A DNA stretch of 64,000 nt from Anaerolineae bacterium (GCA_022824465.1 JAJDZV010000002.1:20192-84191); one strand, 5' to 3'. Shown: positions 45,639 to 54,772, counted from the stretch's first letter. The notes: generated from the sequence alone by a model not told the origin. Made by a program: numbers and translations.

Positions 45639-46982
45639 ATGTTCCGTAGATATATTTTTGCATTTGTCTTGCTGCTGCTTTTGAGTTCGTTTGCCGGCAT
45701 GGCAATGGCTCAAGACGCGGTCAGCATCACCATTCGTTGTATCGCGAGCCCGCCGGAAGAAGACTGGCGCTGCAACAATTTCGCTACAGTCGAAGAGCAG
45801 GTCGAAGCCGAGTTGGGCATCGAAATTGAGTTGAATCTGATTCAAGACAATGCCAGTTGGGGCGATTACAAGAATGAATTCGTCCTGGCGTCGGAAGCCG
45901 GCGAAGCGCCGGATATCGTCTTGTCCGGTCACGAGGATATTGGCGCCTGGGCGCCGGCCGGATTTATCATCCCGCTGGATGATATGATTCCCATGCACAG
46001 CGAGTTTGAAGATATCGTGCCCTCGCTTTGGGATTCGCATGGTTACGCGGGTCAGATTTGGGGCATCCCGCAAGATGCCGAAGCGCGTCCGATCTTCTAC
46101 AGCAAGCTGCTGCTGCGCGACCTGGGCTGGAGCGAAGAAGAGATCGAGTCTCTACCCGAGCGCGTCGCCGCTGGCGAGTGGACCTTCGCCGATATGATGG
46201 CTACGGCTGAAGCAGCGATTGACGAGGGCATCGTCGACAGCGGCAACGGCTGGTGGCACCGCCCGAGCAATGGTCCGGACTTCCTGTACTACTACTATGG
46301 GCATGGCGGCGAAGTCCTCGATATGGATGGCAACCTGGTTGTCGATCGTGACGCTCTGGTCGCGACCTACGAGCTCTTGGGCGGCGCTGTCGCCTCCGGC
46401 GTGCTGCGCTCAGATGTCATTGGGCTCGACTGGAACGAGGTCTGGCATCCGACGGTGGCGCAAGCTGATACGGTGCTCTTCGCCGCTGGCGGCACCTGGA
46501 ATTGGCCAAACTGGGCGATCAACTATGTCGCCGACAAGGGTGGCGATGAGTTTCTCTTCGAGAACATCGGTTTGACGCTGATTCCAGCGATGGCGACCGG
46601 CAACGCCATCACGCTGACGCACCCGCTGACCTACATGATCAGCAGCGGCAGCGAGCATCCTGATGTGGCGCTGGAGTTGATCGCGGCGATCACCACGCCC
46701 GAGCATAACAACAAGCACGCCATTGACAGCTTCCATCTGGGAATTCTCAACGCGCAATTGGAGTCCGAGGCGTATGCCAACAACCGTTTGCTGAGCAGCG
46801 CGCACTATATGCTGGATCACACGACGGCATTGCCCAACCATCCTGGTTGGAACGCCTGGTCGGGTGCCTACTTCCTGGGCATCCAGGCCGTAGAAACGGG
46901 CGATGCGGATGCGGCCGGCGCGGCTGATATCGCAATCGCGCAGATGCAGAATGAATTGGGAGACGGCATCATCGTCCGCTAA
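45639..46982 (+). CDS. ABC transporter substrate-binding protein (CUT1/UgpB-like)
   Basis: Signal peptide MFRRYIFAFVLLLLLSSFAGMAMAQ. First gene of an SBP-permease-permease-ATPase-GDPD operon. Confidence 0.85.
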   Translation: MFRRYIFAFVLLLLLSSFAGMAMAQDAVSITIRCIASPPEEDWRCNNFATVEEQVEAELGIEIELNLIQDNASWGDYKNEFVLASEAGEAPDIVLSGHEDIGAWAPAGFIIPLDDMIPMHSEFEDIVPSLWDSHGYAGQIWGIPQDAEARPIFYSKLLLRDLGWSEEEIESLPERVAAGEWTFADMMATAEAAIDEGIVDSGNGWWHRPSNGPDFLYYYYGHGGEVLDMDGNLVVDRDALVATYELLGGAVASGVLRSDVIGLDWNEVWHPTVAQADTVLFAAGGTWNWPNWAINYVADKGGDEFLFENIGLTLIPAMATGNAITLTHPLTYMISSGSEHPDVALELIAAITTPEHNNKHAIDSFHLGILNAQLESEAYANNRLLSSAHYMLDHTTALPNHPGWNAWSGAYFLGIQAVETGDADAAGAADIAIAQMQNELGDGIIVR

Positions 46983-46985
46983 TGG

Positions 46986-47010
46986 GCGAAATGCCGCCAT
47001 TTCGCTTTTC
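46986..47010 (+). terminator. Hairpin + T-tract directly after the SBP gene (intra-operon attenuator/terminator)
   Basis: GCGAAATG-CCGC-CATTTCGC followed by TTTTC, 4 nt after the stop at 46982. Confidence 0.6.
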
Positions 47011-47028
47011 AGCAAAAGCGAAAACCCG

Positions 47029-47054
47029 GCAGGGGAGCGGATATGCTCCCCTGC
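47029..47054 (+). terminator. Second perfect 10-bp hairpin in the SBP-permease spacer
   Basis: GCAGGGGAGC-GGATAT-GCTCCCCTGC. No strong T-tract, so possibly an mRNA-stabilising hairpin rather than a terminator. Confidence 0.45.
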
Positions 47055-47121
47055 TTCCGCAACCGACCGCCGTTCGCCAGCGTTGAAGCAATCCCGTTCT
47101 TAGGTTGTACCAGCGGATGCA

Positions 47122-48099
47122 GTGACTATGTCAATCCTCAAGCCCAAAGGCGGTCAAAGCCAGAGCAGCCGCAATGCCCTGCGATCTTATCTGGGCGCTT
47201 ACGGCTTTATGGCGCCGGCTGGCGTCCTCGTCATCGTATTCTTTTTGATCCCGGTGGCCATCGTTCTCTACTTGAGCGTCACTAACCTGGCCAGCTCAAA
47301 CTTCACGTCAGACCTCGCCAAGATGGAGTTCGTTGGATTAAGGAATTACGAAACGCTTCTCAACGATCAATTCGCGCGGAAGATATTCTTCAATACGATA
47401 TTTTATGTTTTGTTCACGCTTTCCATCTTCAATGTCTCGGCGGCGCTGATTGTATCGTTGCTGACGACCCATATTGATCGCAATGCCGGTTTCCTCTTCC
47501 GCGCATTGTGGATCCTGCCCCGCATCACTTCGCCGGTAGTCTACATTCTGATTTGGAAGCGGATGATGGCGGAGGCGCCCTTCGGCATCATCAATCAATT
47601 TAACGAATTCTTGGGGCAGCCCACCTACAATTACGTCGCCACCAATCCCTGGGTATTCGTGATTGTTGTGAACGGATTCATCGGAATCTCCTTTGGCATG
47701 ATCATCTTTACCTCCGCGATTGAATCCATCCCCAAGGATTTGCTTAACGCATCGCTGGTCGACGGTTCGTCAAAGCTGCAGCGCATCCGCTATGTCATTC
47801 TGCCCTTGATCCGCTGGCCCCTGCTTTTTGTCGTCACCTATCAGACCTTGTCCCTGCTGACCTCGTTTGTTGAGATTCAATTGCTGACCGATGGCGGACC
47901 TGGTTTGTATCGCACCGAGGTCTGGTCCTTAACGGCATTTCATCGCGCCCTGTCCAATTATTTCGGCAATGCCCAATGGGGGTACGGCTCGGCCTTTGCC
48001 GTTCTCCTGGTTTTGATTGGCGTTGTGCTCGCGGTGGTATACATGCGAGTTTTTCGCTTTGACGAGTTGATTGCGGAACCTCGCGTGGAGGTACTGTAA
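47122..48099 (+). CDS. Sugar ABC transporter permease (MalF/UgpA-like)
   Basis: EAA loop NASLVDGSSKLQRIRYVILPLIRWP, six TM helices. Confidence 0.85.
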   Translation: MTMSILKPKGGQSQSSRNALRSYLGAYGFMAPAGVLVIVFFLIPVAIVLYLSVTNLASSNFTSDLAKMEFVGLRNYETLLNDQFARKIFFNTIFYVLFTLSIFNVSAALIVSLLTTHIDRNAGFLFRALWILPRITSPVVYILIWKRMMAEAPFGIINQFNEFLGQPTYNYVATNPWVFVIVVNGFIGISFGMIIFTSAIESIPKDLLNASLVDGSSKLQRIRYVILPLIRWPLLFVVTYQTLSLLTSFVEIQLLTDGGPGLYRTEVWSLTAFHRALSNYFGNAQWGYGSAFAVLLVLIGVVLAVVYMRVFRFDELIAEPRVEVL

Positions 48100-49673
48100 T
48101 GGCGGGCGCTGGTTCTATCGAGATGGGCAAGATCAAAGAGGCCCCGGTTGCGCCCCCGATTCGGCGCGACTTGCTAGAGGCGCTGCAGACCGGCGCGATC
48201 AGCATGGCGGTCATGCTCATTGCCGCCATTTTCTTCAGCCGCATCATCGGTCCACTTTTCACGCTGGGCAATGTCGAAGAGACCGTTACCGACGTATTGT
48301 CTCGCCTTCTGCTATTGGTGATGCCGTATGTCGCCTATATTGCCGCCGCCAGCGTCGCCCGCCGCTATACATATATCGACACGGCGCGGGCGCTTGGTTT
48401 GGCTTTCACTACAACCTTGGCGCTTTTCAGCGTTGTATCGGCTGGACATTATGTTTCCGATACGGGAGTTTTCGCGCCTCGGCCCGCGTTGCAGATGACG
48501 TTGGTCCAGTCCGATGCCGGCATTCGCGTTGAGTCCGTAGTCGCTGGCGGCGCGGCCGACCTGGCCGGCATCCAGGCCGGCGATGTCATCACGGCGATAC
48601 GGCGAGACCCGGTCGATCTGCAAGCCTTTAACCGACGCGTGAGCCAGTCTTTGGAAGGCGATCCCTTGCGCCTGCGCTTTATCCGGGGCGACGAAGAATT
48701 GCAGGAGACGGTTCGGATCGTGCTGTTATCGGGCAAGCATTTCAACGCGCTCTTGCCCGGCTTGGCATTCGCGCTGGCATTCACCGCCATCATCGTTTTC
48801 CTGCCGGGTCAGTGGGCGCCCTATATCGCGCTTGTCGGCTTGTTGTCGCCCCTGCTGATAGGCTATTTCTGGGTCATCGTCGCCACGTTCTCCTTCCGCA
48901 CCGAAGGCTTGGTTCCGCTGGACGGAAATGACAACTTTGGCGGTTTGACCTTGAAGAACTGGGAGTCGATCTTCGTCGGCAATATTGCGGGCTTGGAATT
49001 CAATATCGTTCCTATCTTCATGACGTCCCTGGCGATCGCCGTCGTGATGACCTTCATTGTGTTGCTGGTATCATCCATGGCGGGTTATGCCTTGTCGCGC
49101 ATGAATTTTCCCGGCCGGCGTTTCTTCTTGTCTTTCACGCTGATTCTGCATGGCTTCCCGGCAATCACCTTGCTGATCCCGATCTTCTTTGTCCTCCTGC
49201 GGCTAGGGGATATCCCCTTCATCGGCGAGCTTATCGGCTTCAATACCATCGGCGGCATTGCTCTGGTCATGGTCGCGTTTCAGCTTCCGCTCGGCGTCTG
49301 GTTGATGAAGGGGTTTTTCGACAATATCCCTTGGGACATGGAGCGTTCCGCCTTGATCGATGGCGCTTCCCGCTGGCGCACGTATTGGGAGATCCTCCTT
49401 CCTCAAATCCGCCCGGGCTTGCTGGCTTTGGGAATCTTCGCATTCATCGGCGGCTGGAACGCCTACATCATTCCAGCGACGTATTCGATAGGTTCCGGCG
49501 TGAGCAACCTGCCAGTTTTCCTGGAAGAGCTGATTGACGCGACAGCGCCGGTGGACTGGAATCAAGTGGCGGCGGTCGGTCTGTTTCAGTTGATTCCCAT
49601 CTTCATCTTTTTCATCTTCGCCCAGGAGTATCTGCTGAATATCTATGCCGGCGGTGCCAAAGGGACTTCGTAG
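48099..49673 (+). CDS. MalG/UgpE-type ABC permease with an N-terminal 4-TM + PDZ extension
   Basis: The C-terminal ~290 aa form a normal CUT1 permease (EAA loop RSALIDGASRWRTYWEILLPQIRP). The N-terminal ~230 aa add TM helices and a PDZ-like segment (GIRVESVVAGGAADLAGIQAGDVITAIRRDPV...LRLRFIRGDEELQETVRIV). TAATG overlap with the upstream permease gene. Confidence 0.8.
   Translation: MAGAGSIEMGKIKEAPVAPPIRRDLLEALQTGAISMAVMLIAAIFFSRIIGPLFTLGNVEETVTDVLSRLLLLVMPYVAYIAAASVARRYTYIDTARALGLAFTTTLALFSVVSAGHYVSDTGVFAPRPALQMTLVQSDAGIRVESVVAGGAADLAGIQAGDVITAIRRDPVDLQAFNRRVSQSLEGDPLRLRFIRGDEELQETVRIVLLSGKHFNALLPGLAFALAFTAIIVFLPGQWAPYIALVGLLSPLLIGYFWVIVATFSFRTEGLVPLDGNDNFGGLTLKNWESIFVGNIAGLEFNIVPIFMTSLAIAVVMTFIVLLVSSMAGYALSRMNFPGRRFFLSFTLILHGFPAITLLIPIFFVLLRLGDIPFIGELIGFNTIGGIALVMVAFQLPLGVWLMKGFFDNIPWDMERSALIDGASRWRTYWEILLPQIRPGLLALGIFAFIGGWNAYIIPATYSIGSGVSNLPVFLEELIDATAPVDWNQVAAVGLFQLIPIFIFFIFAQEYLLNIYAGGAKGTS
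48489..48725 (+). other. PDZ-domain-encoding segment inside the permease gene
   Basis: aa ~131-209 of the 524-aa ORF. The pattern G.rV..V..GG.A..AGIq.GDvI..i....v......f...v......l.l...R....... matches bacterial PDZ domains (DegS/RseP-like) by eye. Confidence 0.65.
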
Positions 49674-49701
49674 TCGTGCCAGGCAAGTAATGTGATGGTT
49701 T

Positions 49702-49745
49702 GCCACAGAGTACACCGATTAAGAAAAGAGGCCACAAAGTAAAGC
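49702..49745 (+). repeat. Left arm of an inverted repeat flanking the ATPase and GDPD genes
   Basis: GCCACAGAGTACAC...GAAAAGAGG...AGTAAAGC. The 14-nt core is the exact reverse complement of 52511-52524, and the second block (GTAAAGC) lies at matching spacing (23 vs 22 nt). Confidence 0.45.
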
Positions 49746-49790
49746 CGATTATTGATTCTGGAGTTTCTACTAGCGCGGAAGGCGCGGCGC

Positions 49791-50873
49791 ATGAGAATTA
49801 CGATTGACAATCTCACAAAGAAGTTCGGCGATGTGGTTGGGGTGGAAGACCTGACGCTGCATATTGATGATGGCGAATTTGTGGCTTTCCTCGGTCCCTC
49901 CGGCTGTGGCAAGACGACTACGCTGCTGACCCTGGCCGGCATATACAAACCGACCGAGGGCCAGATCAGGTTCGGCGAGCGGGTCGTCAACCAGGTGCAG
50001 CCGAAAGATCGCAATATCGGCATGGTCTTTCAAAGTTATGCGCTTTACCCGCACATGACTGTCTTCCAAAACATCGCCTATCCGCTAAAGCTGAAGAAGG
50101 TCGCCAAGAATATCCAGCGCGAGCGCGTACAGCAAGTGGCTAATGTGATGGGCATCGGCAACCTGCTGGATCGCCGGCCCGGACAGCTTTCCGGCGGGCA
50201 GCAGCAGCGGGTGGCTTTAGGGCGCGCGCTGGTGAAAGAGCCGGATGTTCTGCTCTTTGACGAGCCGCTTTCCAATCTGGACGCGCGGCTGCGTTTGACC
50301 ATGCGCGGCGAAATCAAGCACTTGCAGAAGGACCTGGGCATCACATCCATTTATGTCACCCACGATCAAGTGGAAGCGATGACCATGGCTGACCGCATCG
50401 CAGTGATGAACGGCGGTCACTTGCAGGCTTTTGACGCGCCCGATGAGTTGTACAGCCGCCCCAAAACGCAGTTTGTCGCCGGCTTCGTCGGCAACCCGCC
50501 GATGAACTTCGTGTCGGTTGAAGTATCGCGCTCAAATGGGCGCTTCATCGCCGAGACCGATCGATTGCGTCTTGAAGTCGGTGGGGATCGCGGCGGTGCA
50601 GCGGCTGGCTTCGCTGGCGCAGTCGTCATGGGCATCCGTCCGGAAGATATTCAAATCAGCGGCGATGGCGATATCGCTGGCGAGATATACGTCGTGGAGC
50701 CGCTCGGACGTGAAGACCTGATCGATGTGCGCGTGGGACCACATAGCTTCCTTTTGCTGGCGGGCGCGGAAACGCAGTATCGAGCGGGGGAAGAGGTCAA
50801 ACTCGCGTTTGACATGGATAAGGTTCAGTTCTTTGATCCGCAGACCGAGAAATCTATCCTCTGGCAGCAATAG
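49791..50873 (+). CDS. Sugar/glycerol-3-phosphate-type ABC transporter ATP-binding protein (MalK/UgpC/MsiK-like)
   Basis: GGAAGG SD sits 8 nt before the ATG at 49791. Walker A GPSGCGKTT, signature LSGGQQQRVALGRAL, Walker B LLFDEPLSNLD, C-terminal TOBE-like regulatory domain. Confidence 0.9.
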   Translation: MRITIDNLTKKFGDVVGVEDLTLHIDDGEFVAFLGPSGCGKTTTLLTLAGIYKPTEGQIRFGERVVNQVQPKDRNIGMVFQSYALYPHMTVFQNIAYPLKLKKVAKNIQRERVQQVANVMGIGNLLDRRPGQLSGGQQQRVALGRALVKEPDVLLFDEPLSNLDARLRLTMRGEIKHLQKDLGITSIYVTHDQVEAMTMADRIAVMNGGHLQAFDAPDELYSRPKTQFVAGFVGNPPMNFVSVEVSRSNGRFIAETDRLRLEVGGDRGGAAAGFAGAVVMGIRPEDIQISGDGDIAGEIYVVEPLGREDLIDVRVGPHSFLLLAGAETQYRAGEEVKLAFDMDKVQFFDPQTEKSILWQQ

Positions 50874-50892
50874 ATTGACCGAGCGCAGGCTG

Positions 50893-52482
50893 ATGCTCGA
50901 CGGCGCGCTGGAAGGGCTGAATCGCCGCATCGAATCCCGAAGCGATCATGCGCTGGCCTTGCGCCACGCCCCAATCATCAATTTTGACGCGAGAGAACCC
51001 TTCTTTCCCTCCGTCGCTGGCTACACCGTCTTCCGCAGGTCGGCGCGATCGCCTTCTTTCCCGCGCGATATCCAACTGGGCGACGGCGCCGCATTCGCCA
51101 TCGAATATGCCATCTGGTGGGACTGGGATATACAGCATCTCTATGAACTGGAACATGCCTGGGTCTATATCGATGACCGGGGCGAGGTTTTGGATGTCGA
51201 AGCGAGCTGGCATGGCATATACAACCGAATGCTCGACGGCGCGGGGCAACTTCGCCTGCATGGCGGTCGTCCGCTTCTCTATTCCGAGCCCGGCAAACAT
51301 GCTTTCGCGCCATCGCCTGATTGGCTGCTGCGGCGCAGAATGAGGACCGACGTCAGTTGCGGCCGCCGCGCCGGCTTGATGGGGGTGCATGTCACGCCGC
51401 TCTTCGCCGGCATCATCAGCCAGCGCAAGCCGCTAGAGAACCGCCTCGTCCATACCTGGCTTGAACGCCGGCAGTTCGAGCCCAGCTACGATTTTTCAAA
51501 CACCTTTGACCTGCGCGACGCCATATTTGTCCCCTGGCCGCATCTCGTCAACTGGATACCGGCGCGCGTAGCCTGGTGGACGGGGAGGCTGCGCGCGACC
51601 ATCCCGCCGCATGAGAGGCGCGTCCTGCGCATCGCTCATCGGGGCGCATCGGCATACGCCAGGGAAAACTCGCCGGAATCGCTGCGTGCTGCGGCCGAGC
51701 TGGGCGCCGATATGGTTGAGATCGATATCCATACCTCCGCCGATGACATCCCGATCGTCACCCACGACAGCAGCTTGAAGCGCCTCTACGGCATCGACGG
51801 CAATATCTCGGATTATGACTGGGAGAGCCTTCGCGCTTTGACCGCGGCAAAAGGCAGCATCATGGACTTCGATGAGGCGCTCGCGCTCTGCAAGGCGCTG
51901 GGTTTGGGCTTGTATCTTGACATCAAGCGGCTCAGCAGTCAGGCGGCGCAATCCATATTCGCCTCGGTCGATGCGCGGCACTATGGCAAGCAAGTGATCT
52001 TCGGCTCGTTCAGACCGGATTACCTGGCGGATATCAAAGCCGCTCGGCCAGAGGCTGAGACATCGATATTGTTCAACGCGCTTGACATTGACCCGGTGAA
52101 GCTGGCAGGGGCGGTTCGGGCGGATTATGTGCATCCCTGCTGGGAATGGCGCGCGGAGCAGCCGCATCGTTTGCTCACGCCGGAGTGGATCGCTGCGTTG
52201 CGACAAGCCGATGTGGGCATCGTCTGCTGGCATGAAGAGCGCCCGTCTGAAATCGCGGCTTTGAAAGCATTGGGCGTCGACGCCATCTGCTCGGATAAAC
52301 CAGAATTGCTGAACGAGGTCGCTGCCGTTCTGCCCCACCCCCCGGCCCCATCGCGCCATCTGGCCACGCAGGACACAACGGGAGTTAGAGGGCGCCGAGG
52401 CTCATATTATGATTCGACACGCCTCCAATGTAATTCGCTGTCTTTCTTACGGAATGGTATATGCCCGAGTATTAAAGTATAG
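50893..52482 (+). CDS. Two-domain protein: unknown N-terminal domain + glycerophosphodiester phosphodiesterase (GDPD) domain
   Basis: The C-terminal half has IAHRGASAYARENSPESLRAAAELGADMVEIDIHTSADDIPIVTHD (GDPD HR..E.D motifs). The N-terminal ~280 aa carry no motif I recognise. The start was moved to the ATG at 50893, because the track start at 50725 overlaps the ATPase gene. Confidence 0.75.
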   Translation: MLDGALEGLNRRIESRSDHALALRHAPIINFDAREPFFPSVAGYTVFRRSARSPSFPRDIQLGDGAAFAIEYAIWWDWDIQHLYELEHAWVYIDDRGEVLDVEASWHGIYNRMLDGAGQLRLHGGRPLLYSEPGKHAFAPSPDWLLRRRMRTDVSCGRRAGLMGVHVTPLFAGIISQRKPLENRLVHTWLERRQFEPSYDFSNTFDLRDAIFVPWPHLVNWIPARVAWWTGRLRATIPPHERRVLRIAHRGASAYARENSPESLRAAAELGADMVEIDIHTSADDIPIVTHDSSLKRLYGIDGNISDYDWESLRALTAAKGSIMDFDEALALCKALGLGLYLDIKRLSSQAAQSIFASVDARHYGKQVIFGSFRPDYLADIKAARPEAETSILFNALDIDPVKLAGAVRADYVHPCWEWRAEQPHRLLTPEWIAALRQADVGIVCWHEERPSEIAALKALGVDAICSDKPELLNEVAAVLPHPPAPSRHLATQDTTGVRGRRGSYYDSTRLQCNSLSFLRNGICPSIKV

Positions 52483-52524
52483 CTTTACTCGGAGTCCTCT
52501 GTTTTCCTCTGTGTACTCTGTGGC
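52482..52524 (-). repeat. Right arm of the inverted repeat flanking the ATPase and GDPD genes
   Basis: GCTTTACTCGGAGTCCTCTGTTTTCCTCTGTGTACTCTGTGGC. Begins at the GDPD stop codon. Confidence 0.45.
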
Positions 52525-52622
52525 TTGTTTTGGCGCGGCTTACCTGGACCAACTTCGATGGCGAGCATCCGACGAATCCGATAGGAGGGCGCTATAGGCG
52601 AGATAATCTTGTGAAAGCGGAT

Positions 52623-53735
52623 ATGCTATTCCCAACCAGCGTTATCGGCAGCCTGCCCCGCCCCAAGTGGGTCATTGACCTGCTGCTGCGGCATCAGAGC
52701 GGCGCGCTCAGCGATGGGGCGCTTGACGCGGCTATGGACAAGGCGATCGCTTTCGCCATCGGCATGCAGGAAGCGGCCGGCATCGACATCATCTCGGATG
52801 GCGAGTGGCGCCGGATCGGCTATTTTGAAGTCTTCGCCCAGAAGGTGGATGGCATTCGACAAGCGGAATATCAGACGCAAGCGCTCGCGCCCGAGGTCAC
52901 GCCCGATAGCCGCTTGTCAGCGCCGCAGCAATGGACGCTGAAAGAATTCCGGCAAGCGCTAGTTGTGGCGCCTATCAGCCATTCGCGCGCCATCGCGGCT
53001 GAAGGCGGCGCATTTCTTCGTCGTCATACGCAGAAGCGGACCAAAGTCGCTTTGCCATCGCCGCACATGGTCGGCGGGCGGTTGTGGCATCCGGATTATT
53101 CGGGCGAGGCTTACCCCACGCGGCGCGACTTTATTGAAGCGGTGATCCCGGTGCTGCGCGCGGAAGCGCTGGCTTTGCGCGATGCCGGCGTCGATGTCGT
53201 TCAGTTTGATGATCCCTGGCTCTGTTTCTTTGTTGATCCCGAACACCGCGCGCGATTCGCTGACCCCGATGCCGAGATGGCGCGAGCGATTGATGATCTC
53301 AATCGGGTCGTCGCGGGCGTAGACGGCATCAAGACCGCGCTGCATGTATGCCGCGGCAATCGCGCCCGAACCGTCTACGCCAATGGCGATTACGAGCCGA
53401 TTATGCCCCACCTGCTCCAGGCGGAGGTTGACCAACTGGCGATGGAGTTCGCCGTGTCCGAAGCCGGTGATGTGGCAATCTTCAATGCCTTCCCGACCGA
53501 CAAAGAGATCGGTCTGGGTGTGGTCGATGTGCGCGGCGAAATGGTGGATACCCCGGCAATCATCGTGGAACGGGTGGAAAAGGCGCTGAAGTTTCTGGCG
53601 CCGGAGCAGATCACGCTCAACCCGGATTGCGGCTTCGCGCCGACGAGCACCAATCCCATCTCGTTGGAAGAAGCCTATCAGAAACTGCGCGCGATGACGG
53701 AGGCGGCGGAGATCCTGCGCGGTCGCCACGCTTGA
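52623..53735 (+). CDS. Cobalamin-independent methionine synthase (MetE C-terminal domain)-like protein
   Basis: The N-terminal LFPTSVIGSLPRPKW and C-terminal LNPDCGFAP zinc-ligand region are typical of COG0620 proteins. Confidence 0.8.
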   Translation: MLFPTSVIGSLPRPKWVIDLLLRHQSGALSDGALDAAMDKAIAFAIGMQEAAGIDIISDGEWRRIGYFEVFAQKVDGIRQAEYQTQALAPEVTPDSRLSAPQQWTLKEFRQALVVAPISHSRAIAAEGGAFLRRHTQKRTKVALPSPHMVGGRLWHPDYSGEAYPTRRDFIEAVIPVLRAEALALRDAGVDVVQFDDPWLCFFVDPEHRARFADPDAEMARAIDDLNRVVAGVDGIKTALHVCRGNRARTVYANGDYEPIMPHLLQAEVDQLAMEFAVSEAGDVAIFNAFPTDKEIGLGVVDVRGEMVDTPAIIVERVEKALKFLAPEQITLNPDCGFAPTSTNPISLEEAYQKLRAMTEAAEILRGRHA

Positions 53736-53749
53736 GCCAGCGGCGCCGT

Positions 53750-54772
53750 CTAGGTCGCTGTCAACTTGGTTAAGTCGACCGCCATCGCTTCCGCTTGCAA
53801 GGCGAGCTCCGACGCCAGGAAGCAACGCGCCTGTGGAATCGCGGTATCGCTGCGGTTCAGGATGTCGGCGATCAACTGCGCCCCGTAAGTGATCTCGGTG
53901 TCGCGGCAATCGACATAACGCGTCTCAGCGCCATTGGCCATGAAGAGGTGGCTCTCGCCTTCGCGGCCCGCCACATCGATATTCTTGCGCAGCTCAATGT
54001 AGCCTTCGGTGCCGACGAGAAAGAGGCGCACATCGCCCCAAACAGGCAAGCCAGCCGGCGTCAGCCAGTCGACGCGAATATGCCCGACAGCCTGCGGACT
54101 GCGCAGGGTCAAGTCGCCCATATCGTGCATCCTGGGATAATCACGAAATTTGAAATTCCCCACCGTCGCCGCGACAACTTCGGCGCTGTCGCTGTTCGTG
54201 AAGAAGAGGAACTGCTCGATTTGGTGGCTGGCCAGGTCATTGACGATGCCGCCGAAATAGCGCCGGTCGAAGGTCCAGGCCGGACGTTGATAGAAACCGA
54301 AGAGCCGATGGGGACCGAAACCGCTGGTCTGCACGACTTGGCCGATGGCGCCGGCCGCCACCAACTCGCCGGCCTTGACCGTGGACTTCTGCGTGACGTG
54401 CTCGCTGAAGCAGATGGAATAGATGCGGCCCGTTTCGGCTTGCACCCGCCGCGCTTCCGCCAATTGAGCGAAGTCGGTGAACGCTGGCTTGTCGGACATA
54501 TAGTCTTTGCCGTGTCGCATGACGCGGATGCCGAGCGGCGCCCGCTGATTCGGCAGAGCGGCGCTGACGATCAGCTGAATGCTCTCGTCTTCGAGGATTT
54601 GCTCAATGCTCTCCGCTTGGGCAGCGCCGGGAAAGGTCGACTGAAATCGGGCGACGCGCGCGGGATCGACGTCGTGGAACGAGACCAATTCCGCGCCGGC
54701 CTCCAGCATGACCTGGACCTGTCCGTAAATGTGTCCGTGTTCAAAGCCGATGGCGGCGAAGCGTATGCTCAT
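53750..54772 (-). CDS. Gfo/Idh/MocA-family oxidoreductase
   Basis: IRFAAIGFEHGHIYGQ N-terminus, SDKP motif (YMSDKPAF). Convergent with the MetE-like gene. Confidence 0.8.
   Translation of the reverse strand: MSIRFAAIGFEHGHIYGQVQVMLEAGAELVSFHDVDPARVARFQSTFPGAAQAESIEQILEDESIQLIVSAALPNQRAPLGIRVMRHGKDYMSDKPAFTDFAQLAEARRVQAETGRIYSICFSEHVTQKSTVKAGELVAAGAIGQVVQTSGFGPHRLFGFYQRPAWTFDRRYFGGIVNDLASHQIEQFLFFTNSDSAEVVAATVGNFKFRDYPRMHDMGDLTLRSPQAVGHIRVDWLTPAGLPVWGDVRLFLVGTEGYIELRKNIDVAGREGESHLFMANGAETRYVDCRDTEITYGAQLIADILNRSDTAIPQARCFLASELALQAEAMAVDLTKLTAT

Noticed and set aside
52483-52622. Cobalamin riboswitch upstream of the MetE-like gene (and upstream of the B12-dependent dehydratase at 59428-59479)
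   Set aside because: I could not find a B12-box-like sequence or the conserved GCCACTG-type core. The spacers (140 nt and 52 nt) are short for that riboswitch. The GCCACAGAG motif at 52511-52524 is part of the inverted repeat instead.
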